From: Bacteroidales bacterium
Lineage (GTDB): Bacteria > Bacteroidota > Bacteroidia > Bacteroidales > WCHB1-69
Assembly (NCBI GenBank): GCA_045130235.1
Contig: JBGUPJ010000034.1
Coordinates: 96,123-160,122 of the forward strand
Reading direction: 5' to 3'
DNA length: 64,000 nucleotides
This document shows positions 30,942 through 41,142 of this stretch, in pieces. Positions within the stretch are counted from its first letter, which is position 1; each line of letters opens with the position of its first letter. The translations under genes were made by a program, and so were the position numbers. The notes under the pieces were generated by a model, which was not told the DNA's origin, made no database searches, and saw only the letters and a list, made by a program, of their open reading frames with translations.

Positions 30942-31601
30942 ATGATTCATTGTAATGATTACACCATTGAACGGATAGAGCAGGAGATTGTAGCGGAATA
31001 CGACCGATTCCCTGTTGATTATCCCGAACACCGTTACCTGCTGAAGTTGCGCAAAGACCTGCTCAACCGGCAGGCGTTGGCGCTCCAGTCGGAACTACTG
31101 CCCGACATCATCGCCTTTAACGATGCACTACGCAACGCCCTGCACTCCATGTATAAACACACCCATCAGGTGTGGAACGACCTCGCCGGCCTTCACTATG
31201 AAAATTTCGAGGTGACGGCCCGATGCTACCTCGGCAGCGACTACCCGACGCTGCATCCTTTGCAGAATAACTCACGACAAGATCTGTGGGATGCGCTCCG
31301 CGACAGCGGCTACAACCCGCTGTACGAGGATGGCGTATCCCTCTCAACACTGATGCTTCCCAATGACCTCCACGAATCGTTCGACGACTTCATCGGCATG
31401 ACCTGTCCGCCGCCCAACTGGAACGAGGGACTGGACCAAGATCTGACCAAAGAGTTGCACCTCATCAGTCCGTTCCACCACCTCTTCGACCACACAAATT
31501 TCGCCCTCACCGATTTCATCTTCGTGCGGGACTTTCGAACGGAGATCAATGTGGAAATCGACAACGAAATCATTGATGGCAAGCAATCTACCAACATTTA
31601 A
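30942..31601 (+). CDS. Hypothetical protein
   Basis: 219 aa ORF directly after WYL box 4. Confidence 0.72.
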   Translation: MIHCNDYTIERIEQEIVAEYDRFPVDYPEHRYLLKLRKDLLNRQALALQSELLPDIIAFNDALRNALHSMYKHTHQVWNDLAGLHYENFEVTARCYLGSDYPTLHPLQNNSRQDLWDALRDSGYNPLYEDGVSLSTLMLPNDLHESFDDFIGMTCPPPNWNEGLDQDLTKELHLISPFHHLFDHTNFALTDFIFVRDFRTEINVEIDNEIIDGKQSTNI

Positions 31602-31621
31602 TTATAAACTACAAAGAATTA

Positions 31622-32581
31622 TTGGACAAAGTCTCCTTTGACGAGATAGCGGTGTTTATCCATAAATTTTCCTATAACCTTGCGCTTTACAAAACCCACT
31701 ACGATATGCTCCGGCACCTTATGCTGCAACAGGCCCCAGATGGCAACAAGACCGTTGAAATCAAATACGAAAAGGATGGTTACGAAGGTGCGGAACCCTA
31801 TCTCGATGCCTATCCGTTGGAGGGCGACTTGTGGGAGGTGAGTCTGGCGAAGGAGTTGATTGTGCAACCGGATGTGAAGGAGAGTTGGCCGGAGATCGCT
31901 GCCCGTTGCTTGTGGCACACTTCATTCTACGGTTTCACCCGTGAACAGCGCAACGAGACGTTCGATAAGTTGAATTACTACGAACAAAACTTGCTGGACT
32001 ATGACATCGTGCGCATCAGGGCACAAAAAGTGGCCCGACAGCTCGAGAATATAGGCAGCGACATCCCGTCAAAAAAAGATTTCCTGAAAATTTCCTCTTT
32101 CCGTGCAGCAGTAAGAAAAAGGATGTCTTGTTTCAAAGCGAAACGGTTGAGACGCAGAATTGCGAGAAGGCGTATTGCGAGGGAGTACTATAGCCGCATC
32201 TGCACCATTGGCGGCTTCATTGTGAATGCCGCGCCCGACGAAACCAGCCAAAGCGACATTACGTTGAAGGAACTTTGCGAACTCTTCAGAGCCAACCGCA
32301 TCCAAACCTATGACTACCGTTCTTACGCTTACAATGCGGCCGAGCGAGCACAATGGATGTTGGATCTGGTGAGGAAGTATAACGCCTTCCACCATGGCAT
32401 TTTCAACAATTGTGTGGTCTGTCTCAGCGCCTCCTCCGAGCACCCGCTGAGCGAAGCCGACCGCCGCGTAGCCGATTATGTACTGGAAATGTGTGAGGGC
32501 CATCGTAACCTTATCTTGAAAACCGACGACAGTTTGGGCGAGGAGATAAGGTTGATGGTGGCGTTTTATGAGATGGCGTAA
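31622..32581 (+). CDS. Hypothetical protein (possible DUF6557-like motif)
   Basis: 319 aa ORF, TTG start; EIAARCLWHTSFYGF motif. Confidence 0.6.
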   Translation: MDKVSFDEIAVFIHKFSYNLALYKTHYDMLRHLMLQQAPDGNKTVEIKYEKDGYEGAEPYLDAYPLEGDLWEVSLAKELIVQPDVKESWPEIAARCLWHTSFYGFTREQRNETFDKLNYYEQNLLDYDIVRIRAQKVARQLENIGSDIPSKKDFLKISSFRAAVRKRMSCFKAKRLRRRIARRRIAREYYSRICTIGGFIVNAAPDETSQSDITLKELCELFRANRIQTYDYRSYAYNAAERAQWMLDLVRKYNAFHHGIFNNCVVCLSASSEHPLSEADRRVADYVLEMCEGHRNLILKTDDSLGEEIRLMVAFYEMA

Positions 32582-32583
32582 GG

Positions 32584-32619
32584 TCTGCCCTGTTCTGTCA
32601 TACCTGTGCCCTAATTTTG
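32584..32619 (+). promoter_or_regulatory. WYL box 5 (degenerate left half) plus -7 element
   Basis: TCTGCCC-tgttc-TGTCATA-cctgtgccc-TAATTTTG. Confidence 0.72.
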
Positions 32620-32669
32620 CCAACGTATTACAAACCTTTAATAGTTGCACCCGACACGAATCAGGGATT

Positions 32670-32882
32670 ATGAATATGAACGATTACTATTTTTACGTTG
32701 CCCCAGACGAAGAAGGTTTGGGATGGGAATTCACAATCAGCGACTTGATTGAGAGTGAATTCGAAGCAAACCCCGACAATTTTCCAGACAAATCTGCAAA
32801 AATCGAGTTCTTGAAAGAATTGATTGCTGACATTGAGGAGTGTGTTGAAAGAGTGGAGAGGGAGGAGGAAATAACTGGATAG
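32670..32882 (+). CDS. Small acidic protein, 70 aa
   Basis: MNMNDYYFYVAPDEEGLGWEFTISDLIESEFE...; supported by a paralogous remnant at 27247. Confidence 0.72.
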   Translation: MNMNDYYFYVAPDEEGLGWEFTISDLIESEFEANPDNFPDKSAKIEFLKELIADIEECVERVEREEEITG

Positions 32883-32899
32883 AGCTATGGGGTGAAAGG

Positions 32900-32920
32900 G
32901 ATATTTTTGTAATTTTGCGG
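32900..32920 (+). promoter_or_regulatory. Repeated promoter module P* (GATATTTTTGTAATTTTGC)
   Basis: Identical core at 41867-41885 and 42785-42805, degenerate at 27389-27410; contains TAATTTTG. Confidence 0.7.
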
Positions 32921-33010
32921 GGTCATATTTTTCGTACTTTGTTTAGCGAACCTCGCATTGTATGGAAATGTGGCGAGAAAGAGTCAAAAATAGAGGTTCC
33001 CTAATGAATT

Positions 33011-34066
33011 ATGAAAAGGAATTATTGGATACATCGCATTAGTCATATTGCAGAGATTTCATACACTTTGCTTGATGATAATTATCTGAGTTACGGTTGG
33101 AGTGACTTCGAAGAAGATGGATTTATAGAAGGGGTTAGAAATGAGGGAGGTTGGCAATTCTTAGAAGAACGTTTTTTATCAGAATGGGGTGAATTGTCAA
33201 GAGGAAGATACCAATTATGGAATTTCATCAAAGAAATGAAAGCTGGTGACTGGGTTATAGTACCCACCAATGGTGCATTTTCCATATATGAACTATTGGA
33301 AAACGAACCAATCATGATAAAGGATATCAAAAATGTTGTAATAAAGAATTGGAATGGAGAAGAAATTCAAAGAGACGATAATGGTTATTTGATAAATAAT
33401 AATAACGATAGAATAGATCTTGGTTTTGCGAGGCGTGTTAAAGTCATACAAAAAAATATATCAAGATACGATTATGCTGATGCTGCATTAACTGCACGAT
33501 TGAAAGTAAGACAGACGAATGTCTGTATTAATGACTTACAAGAAAGTGTTCTAAAAGCGTTAGAAGGATATTTGAACAACAAACCTATTCATTTCCGAAA
33601 TGAAATCAACGATGTGATTCCCAATATTTGCTCAATTATTCAAACAAAATTGAACCCTAATAAGTTTGAGTATCTGGTAAAATGGTATTTTGAGAGAATT
33701 GGAGCAAGTTCTGTTGTCATCCCTCCCAAAAACCCATCTAGCAAAGTTGACTATGAGGATGTGGACGTAATAGCTACATTTGATTTACTGAAAACCATCT
33801 ATTATGTACAAGCTAAACATTATCGTGGAGAAACAGGCTCTTGGGGCGCTGATCAAATATCACATTTAAAAGAATTAGAATCGATTAAAGATGATAGACA
33901 AGACGATGGGTATACCAAAGTTTATTGGCTTATATCTTCTTCGGAACTCTTCACAGACGAATGTGTTAACAAAGCGAAGGAAACCAATGTGCAATTAATT
34001 GACGGCAAAATGTTTTCTTCAATGCTTTTAGATGCTGGTTTTCTTGGAGTAGGAGATGTGTTATAA
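33011..34066 (+). CDS. Mrr-type (type IV) restriction endonuclease
   Basis: C-terminal P..FE.LV, DVDVIA, VQAKH, LIDG Mrr catalytic motifs; N-terminal YGW...MK.GD.VIVP domain; AT-rich. Confidence 0.85.
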   Translation: MKRNYWIHRISHIAEISYTLLDDNYLSYGWSDFEEDGFIEGVRNEGGWQFLEERFLSEWGELSRGRYQLWNFIKEMKAGDWVIVPTNGAFSIYELLENEPIMIKDIKNVVIKNWNGEEIQRDDNGYLINNNNDRIDLGFARRVKVIQKNISRYDYADAALTARLKVRQTNVCINDLQESVLKALEGYLNNKPIHFRNEINDVIPNICSIIQTKLNPNKFEYLVKWYFERIGASSVVIPPKNPSSKVDYEDVDVIATFDLLKTIYYVQAKHYRGETGSWGADQISHLKELESIKDDRQDDGYTKVYWLISSSELFTDECVNKAKETNVQLIDGKMFSSMLLDAGFLGVGDVL

Positions 34067-34197
34067 ATAGGATATCCTTCATCACAGACTCCGCCCACTA
34101 CACCGCCGTGCTTGACCGCGCCATGAAGGCCAAGCCTCATTGTGGATTAGAACTGTCGATATCAAAGACAATGAAGATACTTTTTAACAGCACATTT

Positions 34198-34902
34198 ATG
34201 AAAAACAACTACTTAGACCCCTGCGATACAAAATACGATAATCAATTTGATAATATCAACCTTCTTCTAAGATATCCTTGGGTTGGCAATAATTATACAA
34301 GCAGCAAATGCCATGTGTTATTGTTAGGTGATAGCCATTATGCTACAAATGAAGATGGCTCTCATTCTGAAGAAGAGGAAATAAGATTCAAAACGGATAA
34401 AGGATCCACCCGTGGAACGATTAATTGCGTAATTGAAAACTTCTGCGAACAAGGTTCTTCATGGAAATTTTTTAACGGTCTTCTTAATACTTTCACCGGA
34501 ACAACTCCTGATTCTGTAAAGTCGTTTTTTGGAAAGGTTGCTTTCTATAATTTCATTCAAGAACCAATGAAACGCAGCAAGAGTAAACCGACGCCAAAAC
34601 AACAAAAAGACGGTTGGCAATGTTTGGCTAAGGTGACAGAGATATTGAATCCTGACTATATTATTCTTTTTGGCATACGGAATTGGTACGGGCTAGAAAG
34701 TCAAAAGATGGGAAATCTGACATGGGGAAAAAAGAAAAATGACAATTGTACGCCCGCCACAGGTTTTTTATTCACTTCAAATGGGGAAACTCCTCTTGCA
34801 ATAATCAAACATGCTGCATCACGAGGAGGATATAATCCATCAGCGTGGAGTAATTACCTCAAAGAGAAAGCACCAGATATCATGTCTTTTTTAATGAAAT
34901 AG
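34198..34902 (+). CDS. Uracil-DNA glycosylase-like superfamily protein 1
   Basis: PWVG.NY, LLLGDSHY, AFYNFIQ, L.PD.IILFG, IKH motif order; AT-rich. Confidence 0.6.
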   Translation: MKNNYLDPCDTKYDNQFDNINLLLRYPWVGNNYTSSKCHVLLLGDSHYATNEDGSHSEEEEIRFKTDKGSTRGTINCVIENFCEQGSSWKFFNGLLNTFTGTTPDSVKSFFGKVAFYNFIQEPMKRSKSKPTPKQQKDGWQCLAKVTEILNPDYIILFGIRNWYGLESQKMGNLTWGKKKNDNCTPATGFLFTSNGETPLAIIKHAASRGGYNPSAWSNYLKEKAPDIMSFLMK

Positions 34903-35011
34903 TCTTGCCCACCACCATCATCACTGACTCCAACCACTACACCACAATGCTTGACCTCGCGTTTTCCGCTGACTGAAACCCTTATATCCTTTCGTCCTCC
35001 CACAACACATC

Positions 35012-35641
35012 ATGCCCTATCCCATCATCGAAATCACCAAAACTTCCGAGTTGTTCCCGCCAGCTTTGTTGGCCATTGGCGAGGATTGTCCCGAAAGGCT
35101 GTGGCTGAGGGGCAACCTCGAGCTCCTGAAAACTGAAAAGAGCGTGGCCATCATCGGGGCACGGGCCGCCGATGCCGCTGGCTGCGCAAAAGCCTACAAC
35201 CTCGCAGTGGAGTTCGCACAGAAAGGCTATGTGATCGTGTCGGGCTTGGCATTGGGCTGCGACACCGCCGCCCACCAAGGCTGCCTCGCCGTCCACGGGA
35301 AAACCATCGCCATCGTCGGCTCCGGTCTGGACATCGTTCACCCCGTGGAGAACACGGAGCTGCAGGATCACATCCTCCGCCAGCAGGGACTGGTCATCAG
35401 CGAGCAGCCCCTTGGCGTGAAGGCCACCCCGAAGACACTCGTGAGGAGAAACCGTCTGCAAGCCGCCCTCAGTCAGATGGTGGTGGTGGCCCAATGCCCC
35501 GCCAAAAGCGGCACCCTCTACACGGTGGACTATGCCCTCAAGTATGGAAAAGCAGTGCTGGCCGCACAGTTCCCCTACCACAACGAAGCCACCGCCGGCA
35601 ACGACAACCTCCTGCGTGAGGGCATCGCCAGCCTGATTTAA
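35012..35641 (+). CDS. dprA: Short DprA/SMF-family protein
   Basis: P..L..RGN, VAIIGAR, IVSGLALGCDT.AH, RNRLQA.LS, SGT..T; lacks N- and C-terminal accessory domains. Confidence 0.9.
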   Translation: MPYPIIEITKTSELFPPALLAIGEDCPERLWLRGNLELLKTEKSVAIIGARAADAAGCAKAYNLAVEFAQKGYVIVSGLALGCDTAAHQGCLAVHGKTIAIVGSGLDIVHPVENTELQDHILRQQGLVISEQPLGVKATPKTLVRRNRLQAALSQMVVVAQCPAKSGTLYTVDYALKYGKAVLAAQFPYHNEATAGNDNLLREGIASLI

Positions 35642-35683
35642 TCCTTACCCCCACCAATCTCACGTTTCATGCGGGCAGTGATT

Positions 35684-35706
35684 GGACGCATGCGATGCGT
35701 CCCTAC
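35684..35706. repeat. REP-like palindrome GGACGCATGCGATGCGTCCCTAC
   Basis: Identical copy at 43872-43894; related inverted copy at 57878-57901; GTAG foot on reverse strand. Confidence 0.75.
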
Positions 35707-35856
35707 ATTGTCTCTCACCCTTTCCCAAAAAATTTCCGCGTTTCCCGCGGGGTGAAAACCTTGTATCATTTTGCCCTGCATTCTCGCACCATTCCGCCAG
35801 CACTACCTTTCAGTTTTCCGTTTTCAGCTTTGAGACGGTGCATGCACCGTCTCTGC

Positions 35857-35892
35857 TATGACACGATTTGACATACCCGTATCTTATTTTTG
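35857..35892 (+). promoter_or_regulatory. WYL box 6 plus -7 element
   Basis: TATGACA-cgatt-TGACATA-cccgtatct-TATTTTTG. Confidence 0.78.
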
Positions 35893-36041
35893 TATGCGTG
35901 AAAATGCGTGCAAAAACAGGTGGGCTCTTTGTGCCCTTTGCAGCCCCATGCAACTGTCTGCTATTAGCAAACCACATAAAGCCGAGATTTTGCATTGTAT
36001 TTTTGCATCGTTTTTTTTAGAGAATCAAACAACGTAAATAT

Positions 36042-37109
36042 ATGGCAATTAACACACACGAACTGTACGAAATCTTGGAGGCGATGCCCGCCTCGCAAAA
36101 CCTGATGCTGGTGGGAAAACACGGCATCGGCAAATCGGAGATCCTCACCCACTACTTCGAGCGGCTGGGCATTCCCGTCAACACCCTGTTTCTCGGGCAG
36201 ATGAGCGACCCGGGCGACCTCATCGGTCTGCCCCGTCTGGACGAAACCACCGGCAAGACCGTCTTCATGCCGCCCTACTGGTTTCCCACCGACGGCCAGC
36301 CCATCGTGCTCTTCCTCGACGAGCTGAACCGCGCCCGTCCCGAGGTGCTGCAAACCGTGATGGATCTCACCCTCAACCGCAAACTGGCCGGCCGCGCCCT
36401 GCCCGAAGGCAGTCGCCTTATCGCCGCCGTGAACGACGGGGAGGAGTACCAGCTCACCGACCTCGACCCCGCCCTCGTGTCGCGCTTCAACATCTACACC
36501 TTCCGCCCCTCCGCACAGGAATGGCTGCTCTGGGCCAGCACGAACCAACTCGACCCACGGGTGATTGACTTCATCCGCCACAACCCGAAGATGCTCGACG
36601 GCGATGGCAGCGCCGATAACCCCGACCGCGGTCTCGACAAGACGCCCGACCGCCGCGCATGGAAAAAGGTGTCCGACTGCATCGCGCCCATCGAACAGCT
36701 GGGCGACCTCCACAAAAAGTTGATCGCTGGCATCGTCGGCCCCATCGCCACACAAGCCTTCTTCTCGTTCCTCACCACCAACCGCATCCTTTCCGGACAG
36801 GACATTCTGCTCAACTATGCCAAAAACAAGTCTGCCCTCCGCAAGTACCACCTGCATGAGATGGCCATGGTGAACGAAAGTATCTTCCGCTTCTTGGAGG
36901 TGAACGAGCTTACTGCAGAACAAACCAAGTCTGCCGCTGATAATTTGAAGCTGTACGTCAACGACTTGGAGAAAAGCCATCGTAACGAGGAGCTGGCACA
37001 CTTCGCCTCCTTCTTTGAAAAAGAAAGCTACCCCAATGCCATCAGCTTTATCCTTACGGAAGCCAATGAGGTGTATGATACGGTCATCCAGTTTGTCCAA
37101 AATTTGTAA
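36042..37109 (+). CDS. MoxR/dynein-related AAA+ ATPase
   Basis: Walker A GKHGIGKS, D..DL.GLP, Walker B LFLDELNRA, DPAL.SRF. Confidence 0.92.
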   Translation: MAINTHELYEILEAMPASQNLMLVGKHGIGKSEILTHYFERLGIPVNTLFLGQMSDPGDLIGLPRLDETTGKTVFMPPYWFPTDGQPIVLFLDELNRARPEVLQTVMDLTLNRKLAGRALPEGSRLIAAVNDGEEYQLTDLDPALVSRFNIYTFRPSAQEWLLWASTNQLDPRVIDFIRHNPKMLDGDGSADNPDRGLDKTPDRRAWKKVSDCIAPIEQLGDLHKKLIAGIVGPIATQAFFSFLTTNRILSGQDILLNYAKNKSALRKYHLHEMAMVNESIFRFLEVNELTAEQTKSAADNLKLYVNDLEKSHRNEELAHFASFFEKESYPNAISFILTEANEVYDTVIQFVQNL

Positions 37110-37190
37110 GTAGGAAGTAAAAAGTAGAAAGTTAAAAGTAAAAAGTAAAAAAATATGAGGCTGTTAACTCTTAACTCTTAGTTCTTAACT
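37110..37190. repeat. Convergent heptamer runs (AAAAGTA... / ...TTAACTC)
   Basis: aagtaaaaagtagaaagttaaaagtaaaagtaaaa then ttaactcttaactcttagttcttaact. Confidence 0.6.
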
Positions 37191-38495
37191 ATGAAAGAAA
37201 TGATTACCAAAATTGTGGAACTGTGGTTTTTGAGCGAGCCCGCTCTGTTCGCCATCTACTGCAACCAGCAGCTGCGTGAGAACCACAACATGCAGTGCGG
37301 GGTGCGGTGCGGGAAAGGTTTTGTGGAATACAACCCCACGCTCCTCGAAACGGAGAAGGTGAGCGAAGAACAGCTGGAAGAGCTGATGCGTACGGAGATG
37401 ATCCGGCTGTTTCTGAAGCACCCGTACCAGCGGCAGCCGGAGAATGTCCTGCCTGAAGCACTCACCCTCGGCAGCGACATGGTGCTGGCGCAACATTACC
37501 GCCTGCAACGTACGGGAATGATCACCCCTGATGCATTCCAACTTACTAAAAACCAATGTTTTGAATGGTATGTCAACAGGTTGGACGGACTGCTGCGGCA
37601 ACCCTTTCAGGCCAACACTCAGGATTCGGGAAAGAATGAAGATGAAACCGGAGGCAGTGATTCTGACCAAAAGTTGGGAAATAGCTTGAGCGATGACGGC
37701 ATGAATGGCAAGGGCGAAGGAAACGGCGACGGTGCGGCACAAGGGAGCGGAGGTGGCGGAATGAAGCTGGAAAGAGAAGGACAGAGCAGTCAAAGTAGTG
37801 GCACCCTTTCAGACCGGCAGCGCCGGGCACTGGCCGACCAGTCGGGCCTGTGGGAGGAGGACGAGCTGCGGCAGCAGGAGATCAACGAGATCATCCGCGA
37901 CACCACCCAGTGGGGTACGATTCCGGGCGACATGGTGGAACAGATCCTCGCCTCGCTGGTGGTGAAGATGGACTACCGCAAGGTGCTGTCGGCATTCCAC
38001 ACCAGCATCCTGACGAGCCGCCGCAAGCTCACCCGCATGAAACCCAACCGGCGGAGTGGTTTCGCACAGATGGGCAGTCGCTACGACCTCGCCTCCAAAC
38101 TGTTGGTGGCGGTGGACGTGAGCGGCTCCATCAGCACGAAGACCTTGACGGCCTTCTATTCAGCCATCGCGCGGTTCTTCCAATACGGCGTGGAAACCAT
38201 CGATGTGGTGCAGTTCGACACGGTGCTGCGCGAGGTGACCACCTTCGGGAAACGTCCGCGCATGGTGGAGGTGAAAGGGCGCGGCGGCACCAGCTTCCAA
38301 CCCATCTTCGACCACCTGAAAACGCACCCAGACTACGACGGCTGCATCATCTTCACCGACGGCTATGCCGATGAACCCCATGTGGACTTCCTCCTTAAAT
38401 CCAAGGTGTTATGGGTGTGCCGCAGCGAAAAAGAATATAACGAGCACGCCAAATGGATGCGGGAAACAGGAAAATCTTGCTGGATTGAATTTTAG
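37191..38495 (+). CDS. DUF2201 family VWA-like domain protein
   Basis: Low-complexity G/S/D linker; MIDAS VDVSGS, QFD, GRGGT.F.P, IIFTDG. Confidence 0.88.
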   Translation: MKEMITKIVELWFLSEPALFAIYCNQQLRENHNMQCGVRCGKGFVEYNPTLLETEKVSEEQLEELMRTEMIRLFLKHPYQRQPENVLPEALTLGSDMVLAQHYRLQRTGMITPDAFQLTKNQCFEWYVNRLDGLLRQPFQANTQDSGKNEDETGGSDSDQKLGNSLSDDGMNGKGEGNGDGAAQGSGGGGMKLEREGQSSQSSGTLSDRQRRALADQSGLWEEDELRQQEINEIIRDTTQWGTIPGDMVEQILASLVVKMDYRKVLSAFHTSILTSRRKLTRMKPNRRSGFAQMGSRYDLASKLLVAVDVSGSISTKTLTAFYSAIARFFQYGVETIDVVQFDTVLREVTTFGKRPRMVEVKGRGGTSFQPIFDHLKTHPDYDGCIIFTDGYADEPHVDFLLKSKVLWVCRSEKEYNEHAKWMRETGKSCWIEF

Positions 38496-38506
38496 AAATT
38501 TTAAAT

Positions 38507-39874
38507 ATGGATATACAAGAATTAAAAGATCTTTCGGTAGAAAATTTTAACACCATCCACACACAGTTGTGGAATAGGATTCTCCGTCAAAAGTATGAAA
38601 AGGAGTTTTTCTCCCATAAAGAGAAGAAGCCTGTTCAGATTGACAAGTTGCCTGAACGCATGAAAGCGCTCTACCCAGGTGCGAAAATCACTTTTGAAAA
38701 AATTAGTCAGAATGGAAAAGAAAAGGAACAGTGGAAATACATTGTTCTGCCCAATGTGGGCGTTGAAAGGCTGCCCTATTGGGGAACCCCGCTCGGGATT
38801 GAAGGCGCGAGTACGGGTAACTATTGCCGTATTGCCGATCCATTGGGATTTCTGAAAGACATTAACGAGCAGATGCCGAAGTGGAAAGAGGAATTCAGGG
38901 AGTTGTGCAAAAAATATGAAACTGAACTGAAAGCCCTGGAATACAGGCGGCTGGAGTATTGTATAAAGGAGGGTGAGACCCATGTGGATAATTTACAATA
39001 CAGGCTGGATGACTTTTTGCTGCTGGAACGTTCCATGCCCCGTAATCCGGAACATCTGCTGCAGGAGTTCAACGCTTCTGCGGATGTAAAAGCAAGCATT
39101 ACGGACAATGCTTTGACAAAATACCAGTTGCGGAACATGCAAGTGCGCTTTTGGAAAAGTGAATTGCGGTATTACTTTATTGTAAGAGAAAACTTTCATC
39201 GTTCCGAACTTGACATCGGAGAGAAAGAACTTTCACTGAAAAAACTTCAAGAAATTGACTGTCAGCTTCCTATATGGGAAGAGGAGACAAAAAACCTCTT
39301 GTTTGAATTACAGAAAAAAGAGAAGACCGACAAAATCGGGCAGAACGTGCTGCAGACGCTGGTGATGCAGCGGATGCGGGAACTGGGGCTGGAATACCAG
39401 ATTGAAAAAAAGGACCTCTGTGGGGATATTGAGCTGACGGTGAAGCTGAAGAAACGGAGGATGCTGAAAATCACCTTGCAAGCCAACGACAGCGACCGCG
39501 TGCAACAGCAGATTGACAATTTGGCACAGTACGTGGCCACCCTCAACATGCTCTCGGGTGACTATCGCATCGAAAAGGAAAGAAAACAGAAAACCTCTGA
39601 GAAGCAAGATGTGGTGCAGCGTCTGGCAGAACAAAAGATGCAGGAATTGGGACTGGAGTACAGGATAGAAAAAGACTACTGGTTCGTTACGCTGATCGTG
39701 GAGTTGGAAAAACAGAGGTGCCTGAAGATAAAGCTGCCTACCGGTCACCCCGAGTGGGTGGAGCAAAAGCTTGCCCATCTTGCACAGGATGTCGCCACCC
39801 TCAACCATATCCCGGTGGAGTTCTGCATCACTCCGCAAGATGTCAATATAGAATGGCAGAAGGAAAGAAGATAG
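38507..39874 (+). CDS. Hypothetical protein P1 (C-terminal domain tandemly duplicated)
   Basis: MRELGLEYQIEK... repeated as MQELGLEYRIEK...; paralog of next ORF. Confidence 0.78.
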   Translation: MDIQELKDLSVENFNTIHTQLWNRILRQKYEKEFFSHKEKKPVQIDKLPERMKALYPGAKITFEKISQNGKEKEQWKYIVLPNVGVERLPYWGTPLGIEGASTGNYCRIADPLGFLKDINEQMPKWKEEFRELCKKYETELKALEYRRLEYCIKEGETHVDNLQYRLDDFLLLERSMPRNPEHLLQEFNASADVKASITDNALTKYQLRNMQVRFWKSELRYYFIVRENFHRSELDIGEKELSLKKLQEIDCQLPIWEEETKNLLFELQKKEKTDKIGQNVLQTLVMQRMRELGLEYQIEKKDLCGDIELTVKLKKRRMLKITLQANDSDRVQQQIDNLAQYVATLNMLSGDYRIEKERKQKTSEKQDVVQRLAEQKMQELGLEYRIEKDYWFVTLIVELEKQRCLKIKLPTGHPEWVEQKLAHLAQDVATLNHIPVEFCITPQDVNIEWQKERR

Positions 39875-39904
39875 CAGAAACGCATTAAATTGATTTTTAA
39901 GAAT

Positions 39905-41023
39905 ATGGATATACAGAAATTATTAAACAGTTCTTTGAAGAGCAACAGAACCACGCTCACTTCGTTGTATTTGGAATTCATTAGAGAGAAAAACAATCAA
40001 CTGGTATCCCAGCACTTCGAAGGTCGTACTCCCTACAATACCCTGCCGTATCTTCTTCGGAATACTATGCCTGAAACCGAGGTGATTCTTTATACCGGAG
40101 ATAAGGTCAGCGTTCTTGAAAAGGGGGTGCATGCGTGGCGCTATCTTGTCCTTCCGAACGTGGTTTTTCAAAGTCATGGATCCGCGAGCTACCGTAGCCT
40201 TTCCATTTGTGAAGAGACTGTGTGGTTGGGTACCAATTCCGTGAACTACCTCATCGCCGTCAACAATCAGATGCCGCAGTGGAAAGCGGAATTTAAGGAG
40301 ATTTGTTCACAATATAAATCTGAAATACAGGAGATTGAACGAAAACGGCAGGAGAAGATCGCCCAACATCACCTTCATGCCTTCATCTCGACCTATCTTC
40401 AGGACAAGGTCGATGACTGGCTGTTGTTGGAGCGCCGCACACCCGATTATGCGGAGCGGTTGCTGCGTTGCATCATGGCGGCGGCGGGCAAGACATTTGA
40501 TTGGAAAAAACGGGACTATAGCGTCGAATACAAGCTGCCGAACATGCGGGTGATGGTTCAGAAGGGAAGTCCGTGGTTTTTTCCCCAGGCAACCATTTCC
40601 TACAAGGGCAACACCCTCAAATTCAGGGAGCGGGACATTTCGTTGGAAATGTTGCAAGAACTTGACCATCAATTATCTATCTGGAATGAAGAGGCAAAGA
40701 CCATCCTGCTCGACTTGCAGAAAAAGGAGAAGGCGGAACAGCTCGGTCGCAATGTGATGCGTGCACTGGTGAAGCAGAAAATGCGGGAACTCAAAATGGA
40801 ATACCAGCTTGAGGACGATCTCGAAAAGGGAAATCTGATTTTGGCTTTGAAGTTGGAGAAGCGGAGGATGATAAAAGTCACTCTGCGGTCGGGGCATATT
40901 GACTTGATGAAGCGGCAGCTCGACACCTTGGAGGAGATTGTGAGTGCGCTCAACGCCGTGCCGATGGATTACCGCATCTATTTCCAAAGCAACAACACAG
41001 TGTGGCAGAAGGAGGCGGAATAG
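39905..41023 (+). CDS. Hypothetical protein P2 (paralog of P1)
   Basis: Shared MDIQ, W.Y.VLPNV, QMP.WK.EF.E.C, LLLER, LQKKEK and W.KE motifs. Confidence 0.78.
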   Translation: MDIQKLLNSSLKSNRTTLTSLYLEFIREKNNQLVSQHFEGRTPYNTLPYLLRNTMPETEVILYTGDKVSVLEKGVHAWRYLVLPNVVFQSHGSASYRSLSICEETVWLGTNSVNYLIAVNNQMPQWKAEFKEICSQYKSEIQEIERKRQEKIAQHHLHAFISTYLQDKVDDWLLLERRTPDYAERLLRCIMAAAGKTFDWKKRDYSVEYKLPNMRVMVQKGSPWFFPQATISYKGNTLKFRERDISLEMLQELDHQLSIWNEEAKTILLDLQKKEKAEQLGRNVMRALVKQKMRELKMEYQLEDDLEKGNLILALKLEKRRMIKVTLRSGHIDLMKRQLDTLEEIVSALNAVPMDYRIYFQSNNTVWQKEAE

Positions 41024-41084
41024 CGGGATTGATAATTCCACCACCATTTCATTTTCAATTTTTCGTTTCCCATTTTCCATTTGC

Positions 41085-41120
41085 TATGTCACGTTCTGTC
41101 ATACCTGTACCCTAATTTTG
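41085..41120 (+). promoter_or_regulatory. WYL box 7 plus -7 element
   Basis: TATGTCA-cgttc-TGTCATA-cctgtaccc-TAATTTTG, identical to box 3. Confidence 0.82.
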
Positions 41121-41142
41121 CCGCATCCAAAAACCCACACCT

